Below, in pieces: positions 39,843 through 50,794 of a DNA stretch of 64,000 nt. The number at the start of each line of letters is the position of its first letter. The stretch's first letter is position 1. The DNA lies in assembly GCA_963703655.1 (NCBI GenBank), contig CAVPFA010000006.1, positions 446,379 to 510,378 on the forward strand, given 5' to 3'. The notes under the pieces are model-generated. The model was not told where the DNA came from. It was given only the letters and a program-made list of their open reading frames with translations, and searched no databases. The translations under genes were made by a program, and so were the position numbers. This DNA comes from an uncultured Acidimicrobiaceae bacterium (GTDB taxonomy: Bacteria > Actinomycetota > Acidimicrobiia > Acidimicrobiales > Bog-793).

Positions 39843-40031
39843 GCGCGCCCTAACTCACCCTCGAACGGCCCGAGGCTTGCTAGAGTCGGGAACTCAGATG
39901 ATCGGGACGTCGCACCAGTCCGAAGGTGATCGTTGCGGCGACCTTCGCTCCACTCGGGACCTTATTGGTTTCGCTTACGCCGCCGCCTCCACGGCCCTCG
40001 AGCGACACAGTCGAGCCGGAAGGAGTGGTCC

Positions 40032-42206
40032 GTGAGCTCGGACGTTCGGGCGAGGGCCGTCACCCTCGACGAGGTTCAGCCGCCGCCCGCGCCGAAAACC
40101 CAGCGTGGCTCCGGGCGACGGCTCGTGTCCGGGCTGCTCGGACGCGGCGCATGGTCCTACGTGCTCGCGATGGCCGCCATCAGCGGCTTCAACTTCGTCT
40201 TCCACGTCGTGATGAGCCGACTGCTTGGCCCGGGGCACTATGGCGCGCTCGGGGCCCTGCTCAACCTGATCACGATCATGGCGGTCCCCCTAGGGGCCAT
40301 CCAGCTCGCTGTCACCCAGGGCGTTGTCGCCCATCTGAAGAGCGGGGGCGCGTCGCTGCGAACCCTGGCGGTGAAGTCGATCACCGCCGGACTCGTCGCC
40401 ACGGCCGTGTTCTGGGCCGTTACTCCGCTGCTCGACAGCTTCTTAAGACTCGACACACCGGTGCCTCTCATCGTCCTCGGGCTCTGGCTTCCACTCGGGA
40501 TCATGGGCGCCGTGGTTCAGGGCGCGTTGATGGGCGAGCTTCGGTTCATGCCCGTGGCGGTGGCGACGTTCGTCGGCGGCGGCGTCCTTCGTCTCGCCGT
40601 CGGCACCGGTCTGGTCCTCGCCGGGTTCGGGCTTGTCGGTGCGGTCGCGGCGACCGTAATCGGCCAGGCGGTCACGACCGGAGTGCTGCTCTTGGTCGCC
40701 CGCAAAGAGGTCCGTCTCCGCTCGGACGATCCGGTCCGGATCACTCTTCGCGACGCAACGCTGTCGATCGCCGCGCTTGCGGGGCTGACGACGCTCACCG
40801 GCATCGACACGCTTCTTGCCCGTCACTTCCTCCAGCCGGTGCCCGCCGGCCTGTACGCGGCCGCAGCCGTCGCCGGCCACATCGCCATGTTCCTGCCCGG
40901 CGCTCTCGTCATGGTGGTCTTCCCACGCCTGGTCGCCGACGGCGGAGTCGGCCCGCAGAGCAGGAAGACTCTTGCCGAAGCGCTCGGCTTCGTGACGGTG
41001 ATCGGGCTCGGGGCGACGGCGGTGCTTGCCGGCGTGCCGAGGGAGGTCGTCCAACTTCTCTTCGGCTCCGCCTATGCGCACGCCGCTAGGGCGGTGGGCG
41101 TGCTCGCCCTTGCTTCGGCGCTCTTCGGCCTGATCACGCTCCTCACCTATTTCCACATCGCTCGCAGGTCGCTCATGGCGCTGATGAGCTGGACCGGTGT
41201 CATCATGGCCACGGTCCTCATCGCCGTCTTCCACGGTGGTATCGAGTCGATCGCCCTCTCGATGCTCGTCGCCAGTGTGGCGGTACTCCCGCTCAGCCTT
41301 ATCCCGGCCGCAAGAGCGCTGCTCCGTGCCACGTCCGAGGACGGCGCCCGAAGCATCGAGCCGATAGACCTTCCCGCCCAGGAAGTCGATCTCACCCTGG
41401 TGGTCCCCTTCTACAACCCAGGCAGGCGTCTCGCCACACACGTGTCCGAGGTTGTCGAAACTCTCAACGCCGAGGACGTCACCTTCGAGGTCATCGCGGT
41501 CTCCGACGGCTCGACCGACGGGAGCGAGAAGTTGCTCGCCGACCGCGAGTACGTCCGGGTCCTTCAACTCCCCAAGAACGAGGGCAAGGGGGCAGCGCTC
41601 CGGCTTGGCCTGATGCAAGGCCGGGGCCGCTACCTAGGCTTCATCGATGGCGACGGTGACATCCCAGCGAGCCAGTTGAAAGACTTCATTGCGGCGATTC
41701 GCCACGCAAGGCCCGACATCGTGCTCGGCAGCAAGCTCCATCCGGACTCGGAGGTCGTCTACCCGCATCTACGACGTATCTATTCCTTCGCCTACCAGCA
41801 GCTCAACCGGGTGCTCTTCGGGCTTGCCGTCCGCGATACGCAGACCGGTGTCAAGTTGATCCGCCGAGACGCACTCGAGGCGATCCTGCCGCGGATGCTC
41901 GAGAAGCGCTTCGCGTTCGACCTGGAACTGCTCGTAGTAGCCAGGCGGGTCGGGTACCGGCGTTTCGTCGAACTACCCGTGCAGATCCGGGAGCGGTTTG
42001 CGAGCACGATTTCGCCGAGGACCGTCTGTGGCATGCTCGTCGACACGGCCGCGATCTTCTACCGGCTCAAAGTGCTTCGCTACTACGAGCCGGCGCCGCC
42101 GGTCCCAACTGCGGACGGTGCACGGCTTCTCGTCCCCAAGGCGGACCACCCGGCTCTCGTCCCCTCGTCGAGTCTTCCTCTGAGCAGCGAGCCCGAGCTC
42201 CGTTAA
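40032..42206 (+). CDS. Wzx/MOP-like flippase fused to a DPM1-like GT2 glycosyltransferase
   Basis: About 12 TM segments (LLGPGHYGALGAL), then VVPFYN, SDGSTD, GKGAAL, IDGDG, DTQTGVK, FAFDLEL. Confidence 0.85.
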   Translation: MSSDVRARAVTLDEVQPPPAPKTQRGSGRRLVSGLLGRGAWSYVLAMAAISGFNFVFHVVMSRLLGPGHYGALGALLNLITIMAVPLGAIQLAVTQGVVAHLKSGGASLRTLAVKSITAGLVATAVFWAVTPLLDSFLRLDTPVPLIVLGLWLPLGIMGAVVQGALMGELRFMPVAVATFVGGGVLRLAVGTGLVLAGFGLVGAVAATVIGQAVTTGVLLLVARKEVRLRSDDPVRITLRDATLSIAALAGLTTLTGIDTLLARHFLQPVPAGLYAAAAVAGHIAMFLPGALVMVVFPRLVADGGVGPQSRKTLAEALGFVTVIGLGATAVLAGVPREVVQLLFGSAYAHAARAVGVLALASALFGLITLLTYFHIARRSLMALMSWTGVIMATVLIAVFHGGIESIALSMLVASVAVLPLSLIPAARALLRATSEDGARSIEPIDLPAQEVDLTLVVPFYNPGRRLATHVSEVVETLNAEDVTFEVIAVSDGSTDGSEKLLADREYVRVLQLPKNEGKGAALRLGLMQGRGRYLGFIDGDGDIPASQLKDFIAAIRHARPDIVLGSKLHPDSEVVYPHLRRIYSFAYQQLNRVLFGLAVRDTQTGVKLIRRDALEAILPRMLEKRFAFDLELLVVARRVGYRRFVELPVQIRERFASTISPRTVCGMLVDTAAIFYRLKVLRYYEPAPPVPTADGARLLVPKADHPALVPSSSLPLSSEPELR

Positions 42207-42223
42207 GGGCTGCTGGTGGACTG

Positions 42224-43324
42224 ATGCGCATACTGGCCTACAACTGGCGTGATTTGGCACACCCTCACGCGGGTGGAGCCGAGGTCTACCTCCAATCGGT
42301 GGCGGCCGAGTGGGTGAAGAGCGGTCACGAAGTCACGATCTTCTGTGCTGCAGTGGCGGGCCAACCTTCAGAGGATCTCGTGGACGGCGTGACGATACTT
42401 CGGCGCGGTGGGCGTCTCGGCGTCTATCGGGAAGCTCGCCGCTACTGGAACAAAGAAGGCCAGGGCAACCACGACCTCGTGATCGACAGCGTCAACACGA
42501 AGCCACTTCTCTGTCCGCGCTTCGTGAAGGACACGCCCGTTGTGGCCATCATCTACCAGGTGGCCAAAGAGGTCTGGAACTACGAGACGCCGTGGCCGAT
42601 CTCGATGCTCGGACGCTTCGTGCTGGAGCCCGCGTGGCTACGTGAGTACCGAGATGTTCCGGTCGTCACGATCTCCAAGTCGAGCCGCGAGTCTCTCGAG
42701 GAGTACGGACTTCGGCGCGTCACGGTGGTGCCGGCAGGTTGGAAGCCCAGCGTGCGGCCGCCTTCGATCGGTAGAGAGCAAGACCCCACCATCGCGTTCC
42801 TCGGTCGCCTGAGCCCCAACAAACGGCCTGACCATGCCCTGCGGGCGTTCCAGCTCGTCAAAAACAGGCTGCCAAGTGCCGCACTGTGGATGATGGGAAG
42901 CGGTCCAATGGAACAGACCTTGAGGCAAAGCGCTCCTACAGGCACGCTTCTACTCGGTCGTGTGTCGGAGAATGAAAAGCGAGTCCGCCTAGCGCGATCA
43001 CACGTCCTGATAGCGACCTCTGTCCGGGAAGGGTGGGGTCTCGCAGTGACAGAGGCGGCAGCAATGGGGACACCCACGATCGCGTACGATATGCCCGGAC
43101 TGCGCGACTCTGTCGTCGCTTCGGGAGGCGCACTCACCGCACCTACGCCAGCGGCTTTGGCCTCTGCCCTGGTCGATCACCTGGGCAACGAGAACCAGGG
43201 CCGACGAGCGAGCCTCCAGGCGTCGATTGGTGGCGTCCTTCCCTGGAAGGAGGTTGCCGACGCCCTACTCTGCATTGCGCAAGACACCCAACCTGCGAAC
43301 CCCGGTGCCGTTCGCGTGCGATGA
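42224..43324 (+). CDS. GT4 glycosyltransferase
   Basis: NWRDLAHPHAGGAEVY, REGWGLAVTEAAAMG. Confidence 0.9.
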   Translation: MRILAYNWRDLAHPHAGGAEVYLQSVAAEWVKSGHEVTIFCAAVAGQPSEDLVDGVTILRRGGRLGVYREARRYWNKEGQGNHDLVIDSVNTKPLLCPRFVKDTPVVAIIYQVAKEVWNYETPWPISMLGRFVLEPAWLREYRDVPVVTISKSSRESLEEYGLRRVTVVPAGWKPSVRPPSIGREQDPTIAFLGRLSPNKRPDHALRAFQLVKNRLPSAALWMMGSGPMEQTLRQSAPTGTLLLGRVSENEKRVRLARSHVLIATSVREGWGLAVTEAAAMGTPTIAYDMPGLRDSVVASGGALTAPTPAALASALVDHLGNENQGRRASLQASIGGVLPWKEVADALLCIAQDTQPANPGAVRVR

Positions 43325-44355
43325 GGGACCTCGGTCGAGAAGGCTACGTGCACCGCCGACACAAACGGGTCCTACTGGTAGGCATAACCGCAGCATCGCT
43401 CGCGCTGGGGATTGCAGGGATTCTGGCGGCGACCGTCACGACGCCGAGCTCCCCAGACGCGTGCTGAGAGCCGCGATCAGCCGTTCGATCCATATCGCCA
43501 GGGGTCCCTCTTCGAATCAGCACTGGACTTCCCCGCACTACCACCCTCTACACGACTACAGCCGAGCAGCTGTCAGACAGCACGCTCCTGCTCTTGGGAA
43601 GAAGCGATCACGTCCTGAAGATGGCCGCCATGCCGGGTGTAGGACTCCTGATACAGCCGCCCGCATACGCTGACTGGAGCGGATCACGCAATCTCCGACC
43701 AGGCTGGAATACCCTCACGTGGAAGACGGCGCTTCCGAGCGAGTGGAGCTATCTCGCGGTGAGTGGCGCAAGTGTCCGAAAGGGCGTGCTGTCAGTCGAC
43801 GAGCAGAAGGCGGCTAACCCTGGGCAAGGCGGACCTTCAGTAATTTTGCGAGCCCGCGTGTGGGCAAGGCCGGTACGGTACTTCGCCCAACAGACACTGA
43901 ACAAAGGCCCTGGCCTTCATGTCGCAGCCAACTGCGACGTGGCGGCCGGCAAGGCGACCAATGAGCACGAGCTCTGGTGGACACTGCGGAATCGGGCTGG
44001 CCCGAATGACGGACCAGAGTTGGTTTTAGGCGCATCAGTCGGCACGGCGTGCGTGTCAGCCTACTTCGGTCCGTCCGGCTCCTACTTACTAGGCTTCTAC
44101 ACCAAATCCCCGACGGCTTCATCTCCAGAGATTTGCCTTTGGCAACTTCCCCTGGGGCCATGTTTGTCGTTGCCGGGCATCAGCCCAAGCTCGACGTGGA
44201 GGCGATGGACGGCGAATCTCAGTACTAACAAAGCGGAGCTATACCTATACGCACCATCTCAGGGGAAGCGGTCGGTTGTCGACTATGGGGATATTTCGAT
44301 CTACGCGGTTTCGTATCCTGCGCCTGTGCTGCTTGCAGGCATCCCTAAGAGATGA
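43321..44355 (+). CDS. Hypothetical exported protein (apparently frameshifted at 43470-43600)
   Basis: N-terminal TM segment, then ORF 43594..44355 with a beta-rich C-terminus; overlaps both neighbours. Confidence 0.5.
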
Positions 44356-46762
44356 CCGACACGACGTCATGGCTGCCATCAGGCGTTATCGGCTCTCCGC
44401 TTGAGCATGCGCTGAACCAGAGGGTCAGAGGAGCTCTGGCGGCTCGCTCAATTCTGCGATGGAGCGGCTGGCCGTATGTCGTCATCCTCTTCGCGGCCCT
44501 GAACGTGGTGACGTGGTTCCCCTCGGCGCAGCCGATCGGTTGGCGTGACAGCGGCTTTTTGACCTTCTCGTACCATCCGGCACTTCTGGCGCATGTCGAC
44601 AGTTATCCGTGGAACCCCCTCGATCAACTCGGGGTTCCCAATGCCAGCGGTATGGCAGCCCTGCCGTTCGCCTTGTGGTTCTGGGTTGCCTCGATCCTTG
44701 GTGTGACCTCGGGCGTTGCACAGGCCGTCCTCTACTACTTGCTCCAGGTCGAGCGCGATGTGCCTCATGTATCTCCTTCTCTTGCGCCTTCTTGATGCGC
44801 AAAGGAGCTCGTCAAGAGCAACCGCGTGTCTAGGCGCGCTGTTCTACAACTTCTCGCTGCTCAGCATTGAGAACTACTGGATGATCGGCAACACGAGCAT
44901 CGCACTCCTTCCCCTGATTCCAGCCGTCCTGCTGGGCATTGAGGCAATTGTTGGAGGCGGACGGCCCGTGCCGGTTGCCCTAAGGCTCGGCGTTGCGTGT
45001 ACCTGCCTGCTTGGCGCCGCCGCGAATCCTGCGTACGTCTTGCCCTTGATCCCGATATCTGTCGTCTACTTGGCGGGCCGACTAGCAGGCTCTGGTTGGC
45101 GGTCGGCAGGGCTTATCCTGTTGCGAGTAGCTGTAGTGGCGGGTTTTACGGCACTATTGCTTTCCTGGTACCTTTTGCCCGCGATCGCCGATGTTGGCGC
45201 GTTCTACCAGTCGGTGATCTCCGAGTTGAAACCACTAGTGCTGCTGCGCGAAGCAGATCTGAACGCTAGCTTCACGGACCTGCTTCGTTTCAAGGCATTT
45301 AGGACGTATACCCCTGCGTTTGCAGCCTATTGGGCTCCGTCCTGGCGCCTAGCATACGACACACCGTTGTTCGAGGCCTTGTCGGCTGTACTGGTCTCCG
45401 TGGTAGTGCTTGGAGTCTTCGCCCGATGGAGGCGCCAGCTCATTCGCGCGGCCACTGTCCTGTGGATTGGCGGGATTATCCTTTGTCTGGGCGGGTCAGG
45501 CCTCCTTGGATCGCTCTACGTTTGGGCCATAAGCCATGTCCCTTACTTTGGTGCATTCCGGGACCCAACGAACAAATGGACTCCTTTCGTGTTGGCGGGC
45601 GCGACGCTGCTTTTCGCCTCCGGCAGTGGATGGTTGCTGAACTGCAGGGTGATACGCGAAGGAGCGGGCAGGCAAGTGACTGCCTGCGCGATTCTGGGCG
45701 GTGTCATCCTGGCTTACGGCTTTCCGATGTGGCTCGGTGGCCTTGGAGATCCCGCGATTCGGGGGCCGGGATGGACAATCAGTCGGGGGGTCACGGTGCC
45801 GCGAGCATACGAAGAGGCAAGAGCGTATCTGGACCATCAGAGTGGGTGGTTTCGGGTGCTTGTGCTGCCATTGAGCACCTCCGGATACCGGTGGTTCGAG
45901 TGGCAGACGCGGGTATGACGGGCCTGATCTGTCGTGGCTTCAACTGGGCGTGCCCACGGTCTCCGGAGCCGTGGCAGGTTCGGGGCCGAGTGGCTCCGTG
46001 CTCAGCGGCCTGGCCGCGCTTCCATTGCCCAGCCAGCTTGTGCTAGCCGAGCGGCTGGGTTGCAGGTACGTGGTCGTTGAGTCTGATGTGGTGAGTGTGA
46101 GCGGACCTTTGTCGCTCAACACTCTCGGGTTGCAGAAGCCGAGCTCTCTCGTCGGTGCGGTCAAGCGGGCGGGGGGCGTCACCGTGTTTCGCTCCGGCTC
46201 GGTGCAGGTGCTTCGTCTTCCGTCGGCCCGAGTCGGAAGTCTGGTGTCGTACTCGACCCTTGATCCGGTGAGTACCGGGTCAGCCAGCACGATCGTGTCC
46301 TGGCGATCGGTGAGTCCGACGTCGTTCGTGATTCGAGTCAGCGGCCTGGAAGCCTCGGGAGAGCTCGAACTCGCCGAGACATACGCAAGCCAATGGAGCG
46401 CTCGAGTCCTCAGCACCTCGACCGTTCCTCCCAACAGTGGTTTCTCAGGGAGTCAGGCGACGGCGTCGAACGCTCCGCAGCCAGGTACGTATCTTCGGCA
46501 CGTGGAGGCCGACGGTTATGCAAACGCTTGGATCATCCGGGCCCGCGGCTCGAAGACGACAATCGAGATCTCAGTGCAGTACACAGAACGGACAAGCGAA
46601 GAGGTCGGAGAAGTGGTGTCAACGGTGCTGGCGCTAGTTCTGGCGACTGGCGAGCTTGCCAGAATCGCCTTTCGACGACGGAATCGCGCACGTCTCGCTG
46701 ATCAAGGCAGGGGTTCGCCGCAAGGCGGGACACGAGAGTTACATGGTGCAGGAGCCCTATGA
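44352..46762 (+). CDS. Large GT-C-like (AftD/DUF3367-like) membrane protein, frameshifted near 44750 and 45910
   Basis: Consecutive ORFs 44352..44795, 44716..45918 and 45950..46762; FRDPTNKW, FRVLVLPL, LAETYASQW, DGYANAW; C-terminal TM. Confidence 0.6.
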
Positions 46763-47604
46763 CAGGTGGCAACACGATCCCGAGGCCGCCGCCTGAAGTT
46801 ACCGTGGTCGTTCCGACGCGCAACTCGGCCAGGACCATTGAGGCGTGCCTCCGGTCGATCAGGACTCAGACCGTGCCCGTGACGGTCGTCGTCGTAGACA
46901 ACGGATCGATCGACGGGACGGCTCGCCTCGCCTACGAGATCGCCGACCTCGTCCTTGATGGCGGCCCTGAGCGTTCCGCCCAGCGCAACCGAGGAGCCGA
47001 CGCGAGACCCGCGCCTATCGTCGGGTTCATTGACTCCGACATGATCCTCTCGTCCGAGGTCGTCGAGCAATCGGTGGAGACGCTAGATGCCCCGGACGTC
47101 GCGGCAAGGGGGAGTAAACCTGCAGCCGTGGTCGTGCCCGAGCGGACCATCGGCGAAGGCTACTGGAGTCGTGTTCGCGCCTTCGAGAGGTCGTTTTACG
47201 TGGGCTCCGACGACGTCGAGGCTGCCCGCTTCTATACCTGGGACGTGTTCGAGTCCCTAGGTGGCTTCGACGAGGACCTCACTGGTGCCGAGGACTGGGA
47301 TCTCACGATCCGCGCCCGCGAGCTGGGGCCGGTGATGCGCATCGAGGCGATGATCGATCACGACGAAGGCCACGTCCGGTACTTCGACGCCTGCAGAAAG
47401 AAGGGTTACTACGCGGAAGGACTTCGCCGCTTCACGCTAAAGCATGGCGCCGGCACTATCGGGAAGGCGGCCTTCGACCGGCCCTATCTGCGAAGGCCGA
47501 GAACGCTCGTCTGCCCGCTCGGGGCGGGGTTGGTGGCCCTCAAGGCCGGGGAGCTGGTCTCGGTCACCACCGCCATCGCCCGCAGGCAGTTCTCAAAGTC
47601 ATGA
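46759..47604 (+). CDS. GT2 glycosyltransferase
   Basis: VVVPTRN, VDNGSID, RSAQRNRG, IDSD, GGFDEDLTGAEDWD. Confidence 0.9.
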   Translation: MTGGNTIPRPPPEVTVVVPTRNSARTIEACLRSIRTQTVPVTVVVVDNGSIDGTARLAYEIADLVLDGGPERSAQRNRGADARPAPIVGFIDSDMILSSEVVEQSVETLDAPDVAARGSKPAAVVVPERTIGEGYWSRVRAFERSFYVGSDDVEAARFYTWDVFESLGGFDEDLTGAEDWDLTIRARELGPVMRIEAMIDHDEGHVRYFDACRKKGYYAEGLRRFTLKHGAGTIGKAAFDRPYLRRPRTLVCPLGAGLVALKAGELVSVTTAIARRQFSKS

Positions 47605-48332
47605 GCATCGGATCGAGGTTCGGGTCAGGCACTCAGACGACCAGACTCCTTCTCGCTGCCGCGCTGGCGACGGCGCTTCTACTGCCTCTCGTGAGCGCAG
47701 TACGCCGAGACGCACCCGTTCTCCTCGCTCGGCGAAGTGCGGGGTTGAGACTGACCACTCCGATGCTAACCAGAACCAGCAGGCGCGCTGTGACTTGCTC
47801 GTACATCTATGGCGGCTACATCCGAAACGAAAATGCGTCTGTCTTTGTTGCGGGTGCCTTTCGATTGACGCTCGACTTTGGAGATGCGGCTGGCCGGTTC
47901 GAAAGAAGAGCGCTCGTCACAGGTCGTAACTTGCTTCCCTTGCAGGAGTATGCATACCTTGGCATCTTACACGGTCAGCCGTGCTCTTTACACCTGCTGG
48001 GCTCGTCTTTGGAGGCTTCCCGGTGGAAGAAACTCTTCGGTCCGGTTCAGCCGCTCATTCTGGTGAGTTCGGCCAGCGTGGTCGATAACGGTGGTTTCAG
48101 GGAGGGTTATTGGAGAGTGTGCGCGACCACGAACGGCCTTGACGTGCTCAGGTCCGTGACAGGAACCGTGCTAGTGGTCCGGAGGGGCGATCGCTTGCGA
48201 GCGGGAGGCGTGACCGGGCTCGGGTCGATTGGGGTCGACCAGACGAGCTGTGGTATCGCCCGGCTCTCCGGGTCACCCTCGGAGGGCGATTCGGTCGTCG
48301 TGTCCCTGCACGCAAGCGAGTCCGAAGCGTGA
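47601..48332 (+). CDS. Hypothetical exported protein
   Basis: N-terminal hydrophobic segment; 4-bp overlaps with both neighbours. Confidence 0.5.
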   Translation: MSIGSRFGSGTQTTRLLLAAALATALLLPLVSAVRRDAPVLLARRSAGLRLTTPMLTRTSRRAVTCSYIYGGYIRNENASVFVAGAFRLTLDFGDAAGRFERRALVTGRNLLPLQEYAYLGILHGQPCSLHLLGSSLEASRWKKLFGPVQPLILVSSASVVDNGGFREGYWRVCATTNGLDVLRSVTGTVLVVRRGDRLRAGGVTGLGSIGVDQTSCGIARLSGSPSEGDSVVVSLHASESEA

Positions 48333-50794
48333 CGGTCGCCACCGAATCGGGTTTGCGCCGGCTTCGTGCGAGCCTGATACCTCAACTCGAGACAAAGAGG
48401 AGAGAAACTCAATGGAAAGCAGGCGTGCTTTTCCTTGCGGTGTCGGTGCCGATTGTGGCCAGCTGGTATCGCGGCGCGACGTACGTGGGGGGAAGTGACG
48501 ACTCCTTTCCGCTAGCCCTCAGGGATGTTGAGCGATACAGCCAGTTGGTTGGAGCGCCGCTAGTTGCACCTGATCCGAGAAAGCTGCCCTTTCTCCTGCC
48601 GTGGGGACTGGTTTTGCACGCTTGGCGACTGATAGGCATTCCCTGGAGCGGCCACTTCGCCCAGCTGAGCCTGAACGTCGCCCTGATGGCGCTTGCCGGC
48701 TTGGGTGGGTTCAAGCTGACTCAGTGGGCGCTGCCGAGGGTTCACATAGCTGGAGCAGTCGTCGGTGGTCTCATCTACGAGCTGAACCTGTTCGGTGCCA
48801 CCATCATCTGGAACGAGCAGTCCTTATTGGTGTTTCACTACGCCCTCATGCCGTGGGCGTGGCTTGCCTGGGACAAAGCACTCAAATCACCCACTCCGAC
48901 GACGATCGCAAGAGCCACGGCGATCTGGGTTATCTGTCTGTGCCCGTCCTATGTGACCACTCCGTCGGTTGTGACTGACGTTTCGCTGTTCGTCGGTCTC
49001 GCCCTATGGCGCATTGCTACGCGAAAGTCACAGCGGTGGAAGTGTGTTGTCGCGGCACTGACTGTCGTCGCTGCGGTGTCCTTGTGCAGCCTCTTTTGGA
49101 TAGTCCCTCTCGTCCACTATTTCGGGTCCGAGTACACCTTTGGGACGGCCGCGGGGCCTTTGCAAGGATTGCTCACCCTGAACTCCGTCCCACTCAACGG
49201 GGCAATTCGTTTTGGGGGATTCTGGGGACTCACGAGCGGCTACGACGGCAGCCCGTACTTCCCGTGGGCGTCGACATATTTGAGCTGGGCGTACGGGATT
49301 GGGTACGCCATTCCTGTTCTGGCGTTCGTGGGGCTTTTGACAGCAGGTCGAGGGCCAAGAAGGATTCGCAAGGCCGGACGGGATGGGTCGGTCGGCGGGA
49401 CTGAGCGACAAGCGACTGAGGATGGGCTCAACGACAAGGCAGAGGCTGCCGTTGGGCTAGGCGGCCTCCCTCCGGGGAAGCAGGCCCCGAGGGTGCCTGC
49501 TGGGGTGCCCGGCGCTGTGCTGATCCTTGCAATTGTCGCGGAAGCGTCCATCTTTATGGCGACGGGGACTGACTTTCCGCTTGGCCCCCTGAAGTTGTGG
49601 CTCCTGACCCGAAGCCATCTCGCGGCCGAGTTTCGAAGCATTTACCAGCGATTTGAAACCTACGTGCCGCTCGGGATCGCGCCATTGGCCGGGATCGGGA
49701 CTTCCTCGCTGCTTCGCCATAGTGAGCGTGGTACCGAGACCCAGGTAGTCGAGAGGAGCGATCAAAGACGCCGTCTCCGGGTTGCTCGCCAGCGGCCTGA
49801 GCTGGGGCGGCGAGCATGGACGGTCGTAGTGTTCGCCGTTGTCTTGACGACGACGGTGATCATCCCTGCATATCCGATGATTGTTGGCTCCATCTTTGAC
49901 CAGTCGGGCGTATTTCCAGCGGCAAGGGTGGTCGTGCCGAAGCCTTACATCCAACTTGGAGACTGGCTCAGCCGGGTCGACGGCAATCGGGAGCTGGTTC
50001 TCCCGCTTCCAATCAGCCAGGCGGGCCTTTCGGTCCTATCTTGGGCGAACGGAAGTCAGGGCTTCTATGGGACGCAACCGCTTGAACTGTTGACCGATCT
50101 GCCAGTCATGGACAGTGCGACTGCCGGCAGCGCGATTCCCCACGTGCTGGCGGAGATGGCGCGCGGTGCTCCGAGCGCCTGCGGCGACCTGAGAGCGCTG
50201 GACGTGGGCTTCATCGTGTTGGAGACAGATGTCGACTCGCGCTTTATAGCGGGTGAACAGGGATGGATTGGCACTCCGGCGCGGTCCGTCGAAAGGACAC
50301 TCGATTCTGCGCCAGCGGCAGCCTGCCTAGCACCAGCACTCCGTTTTGGTCCAGTGTTGACGTGGCGAGTCACTGGACATTTCGTGTCGCCGCTGTCGTG
50401 GCAGAGAAGCTGCGAGAGCTCACCGTCCTCAGTGGGTGGACCCGCAATGGGTGGACAGACAGCTGATGCGGAAGCTGTGGGTACCGATGGTTGGAAGCTC
50501 CTGGAGCCACCGCCTATCTGGGCGCGTTGCGTGGTTCTTGCGATTCCATTTGATTCAGCGTGGAGCTTGCAAGGTGGGCCGCCGAAAGATGTGGGAGGTC
50601 TTACGGGGTTCACGCTGGCGGGAGTTCGATTGGGTCCCGGTCACGCACTTGTCTTGACAAACGAAATGGCGGCCACCACGCGATGGCTGCTTTGGCTGGG
50701 ACTCCTCGGTCTGCTCCTTGCCCTACTGGCAGCCTACGCTCCAAGCCTACTTTCTCGTGGCTGGTCCGCGACTAGGAAGAAGCGGGGCGACTAA
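48329..50794 (+). CDS. Large GT-C-like (AftD/DUF3367-like) membrane protein
   Basis: Multi-TM; GGSDD early loop, FRSIYQRF, ELVLPLP; architecture paralogous to 44352..46762. Confidence 0.65.
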   Translation: MTVATESGLRRLRASLIPQLETKRRETQWKAGVLFLAVSVPIVASWYRGATYVGGSDDSFPLALRDVERYSQLVGAPLVAPDPRKLPFLLPWGLVLHAWRLIGIPWSGHFAQLSLNVALMALAGLGGFKLTQWALPRVHIAGAVVGGLIYELNLFGATIIWNEQSLLVFHYALMPWAWLAWDKALKSPTPTTIARATAIWVICLCPSYVTTPSVVTDVSLFVGLALWRIATRKSQRWKCVVAALTVVAAVSLCSLFWIVPLVHYFGSEYTFGTAAGPLQGLLTLNSVPLNGAIRFGGFWGLTSGYDGSPYFPWASTYLSWAYGIGYAIPVLAFVGLLTAGRGPRRIRKAGRDGSVGGTERQATEDGLNDKAEAAVGLGGLPPGKQAPRVPAGVPGAVLILAIVAEASIFMATGTDFPLGPLKLWLLTRSHLAAEFRSIYQRFETYVPLGIAPLAGIGTSSLLRHSERGTETQVVERSDQRRRLRVARQRPELGRRAWTVVVFAVVLTTTVIIPAYPMIVGSIFDQSGVFPAARVVVPKPYIQLGDWLSRVDGNRELVLPLPISQAGLSVLSWANGSQGFYGTQPLELLTDLPVMDSATAGSAIPHVLAEMARGAPSACGDLRALDVGFIVLETDVDSRFIAGEQGWIGTPARSVERTLDSAPAAACLAPALRFGPVLTWRVTGHFVSPLSWQRSCESSPSSVGGPAMGGQTADAEAVGTDGWKLLEPPPIWARCVVLAIPFDSAWSLQGGPPKDVGGLTGFTLAGVRLGPGHALVLTNEMAATTRWLLWLGLLGLLLALLAAYAPSLLSRGWSATRKKRGD

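Noticed and set aside
38524-40019. Inverted 10-bp match (CCGGCTCGAC at 38524 / GTCGAGCCGG at 40010) suggesting an invertible segment or a TnpB guide targeting the flippase RBS
   Set aside because: The same 10-mer also occurs at about 4221 and 4677, so it is expected by chance in this GC-rich DNA; no recombinase is nearby.
38400-40030. CRISPR array next to tnpB (Cas12f-like system)
   Set aside because: No regularly spaced direct repeats with unique spacers on either side, or anywhere in the window.
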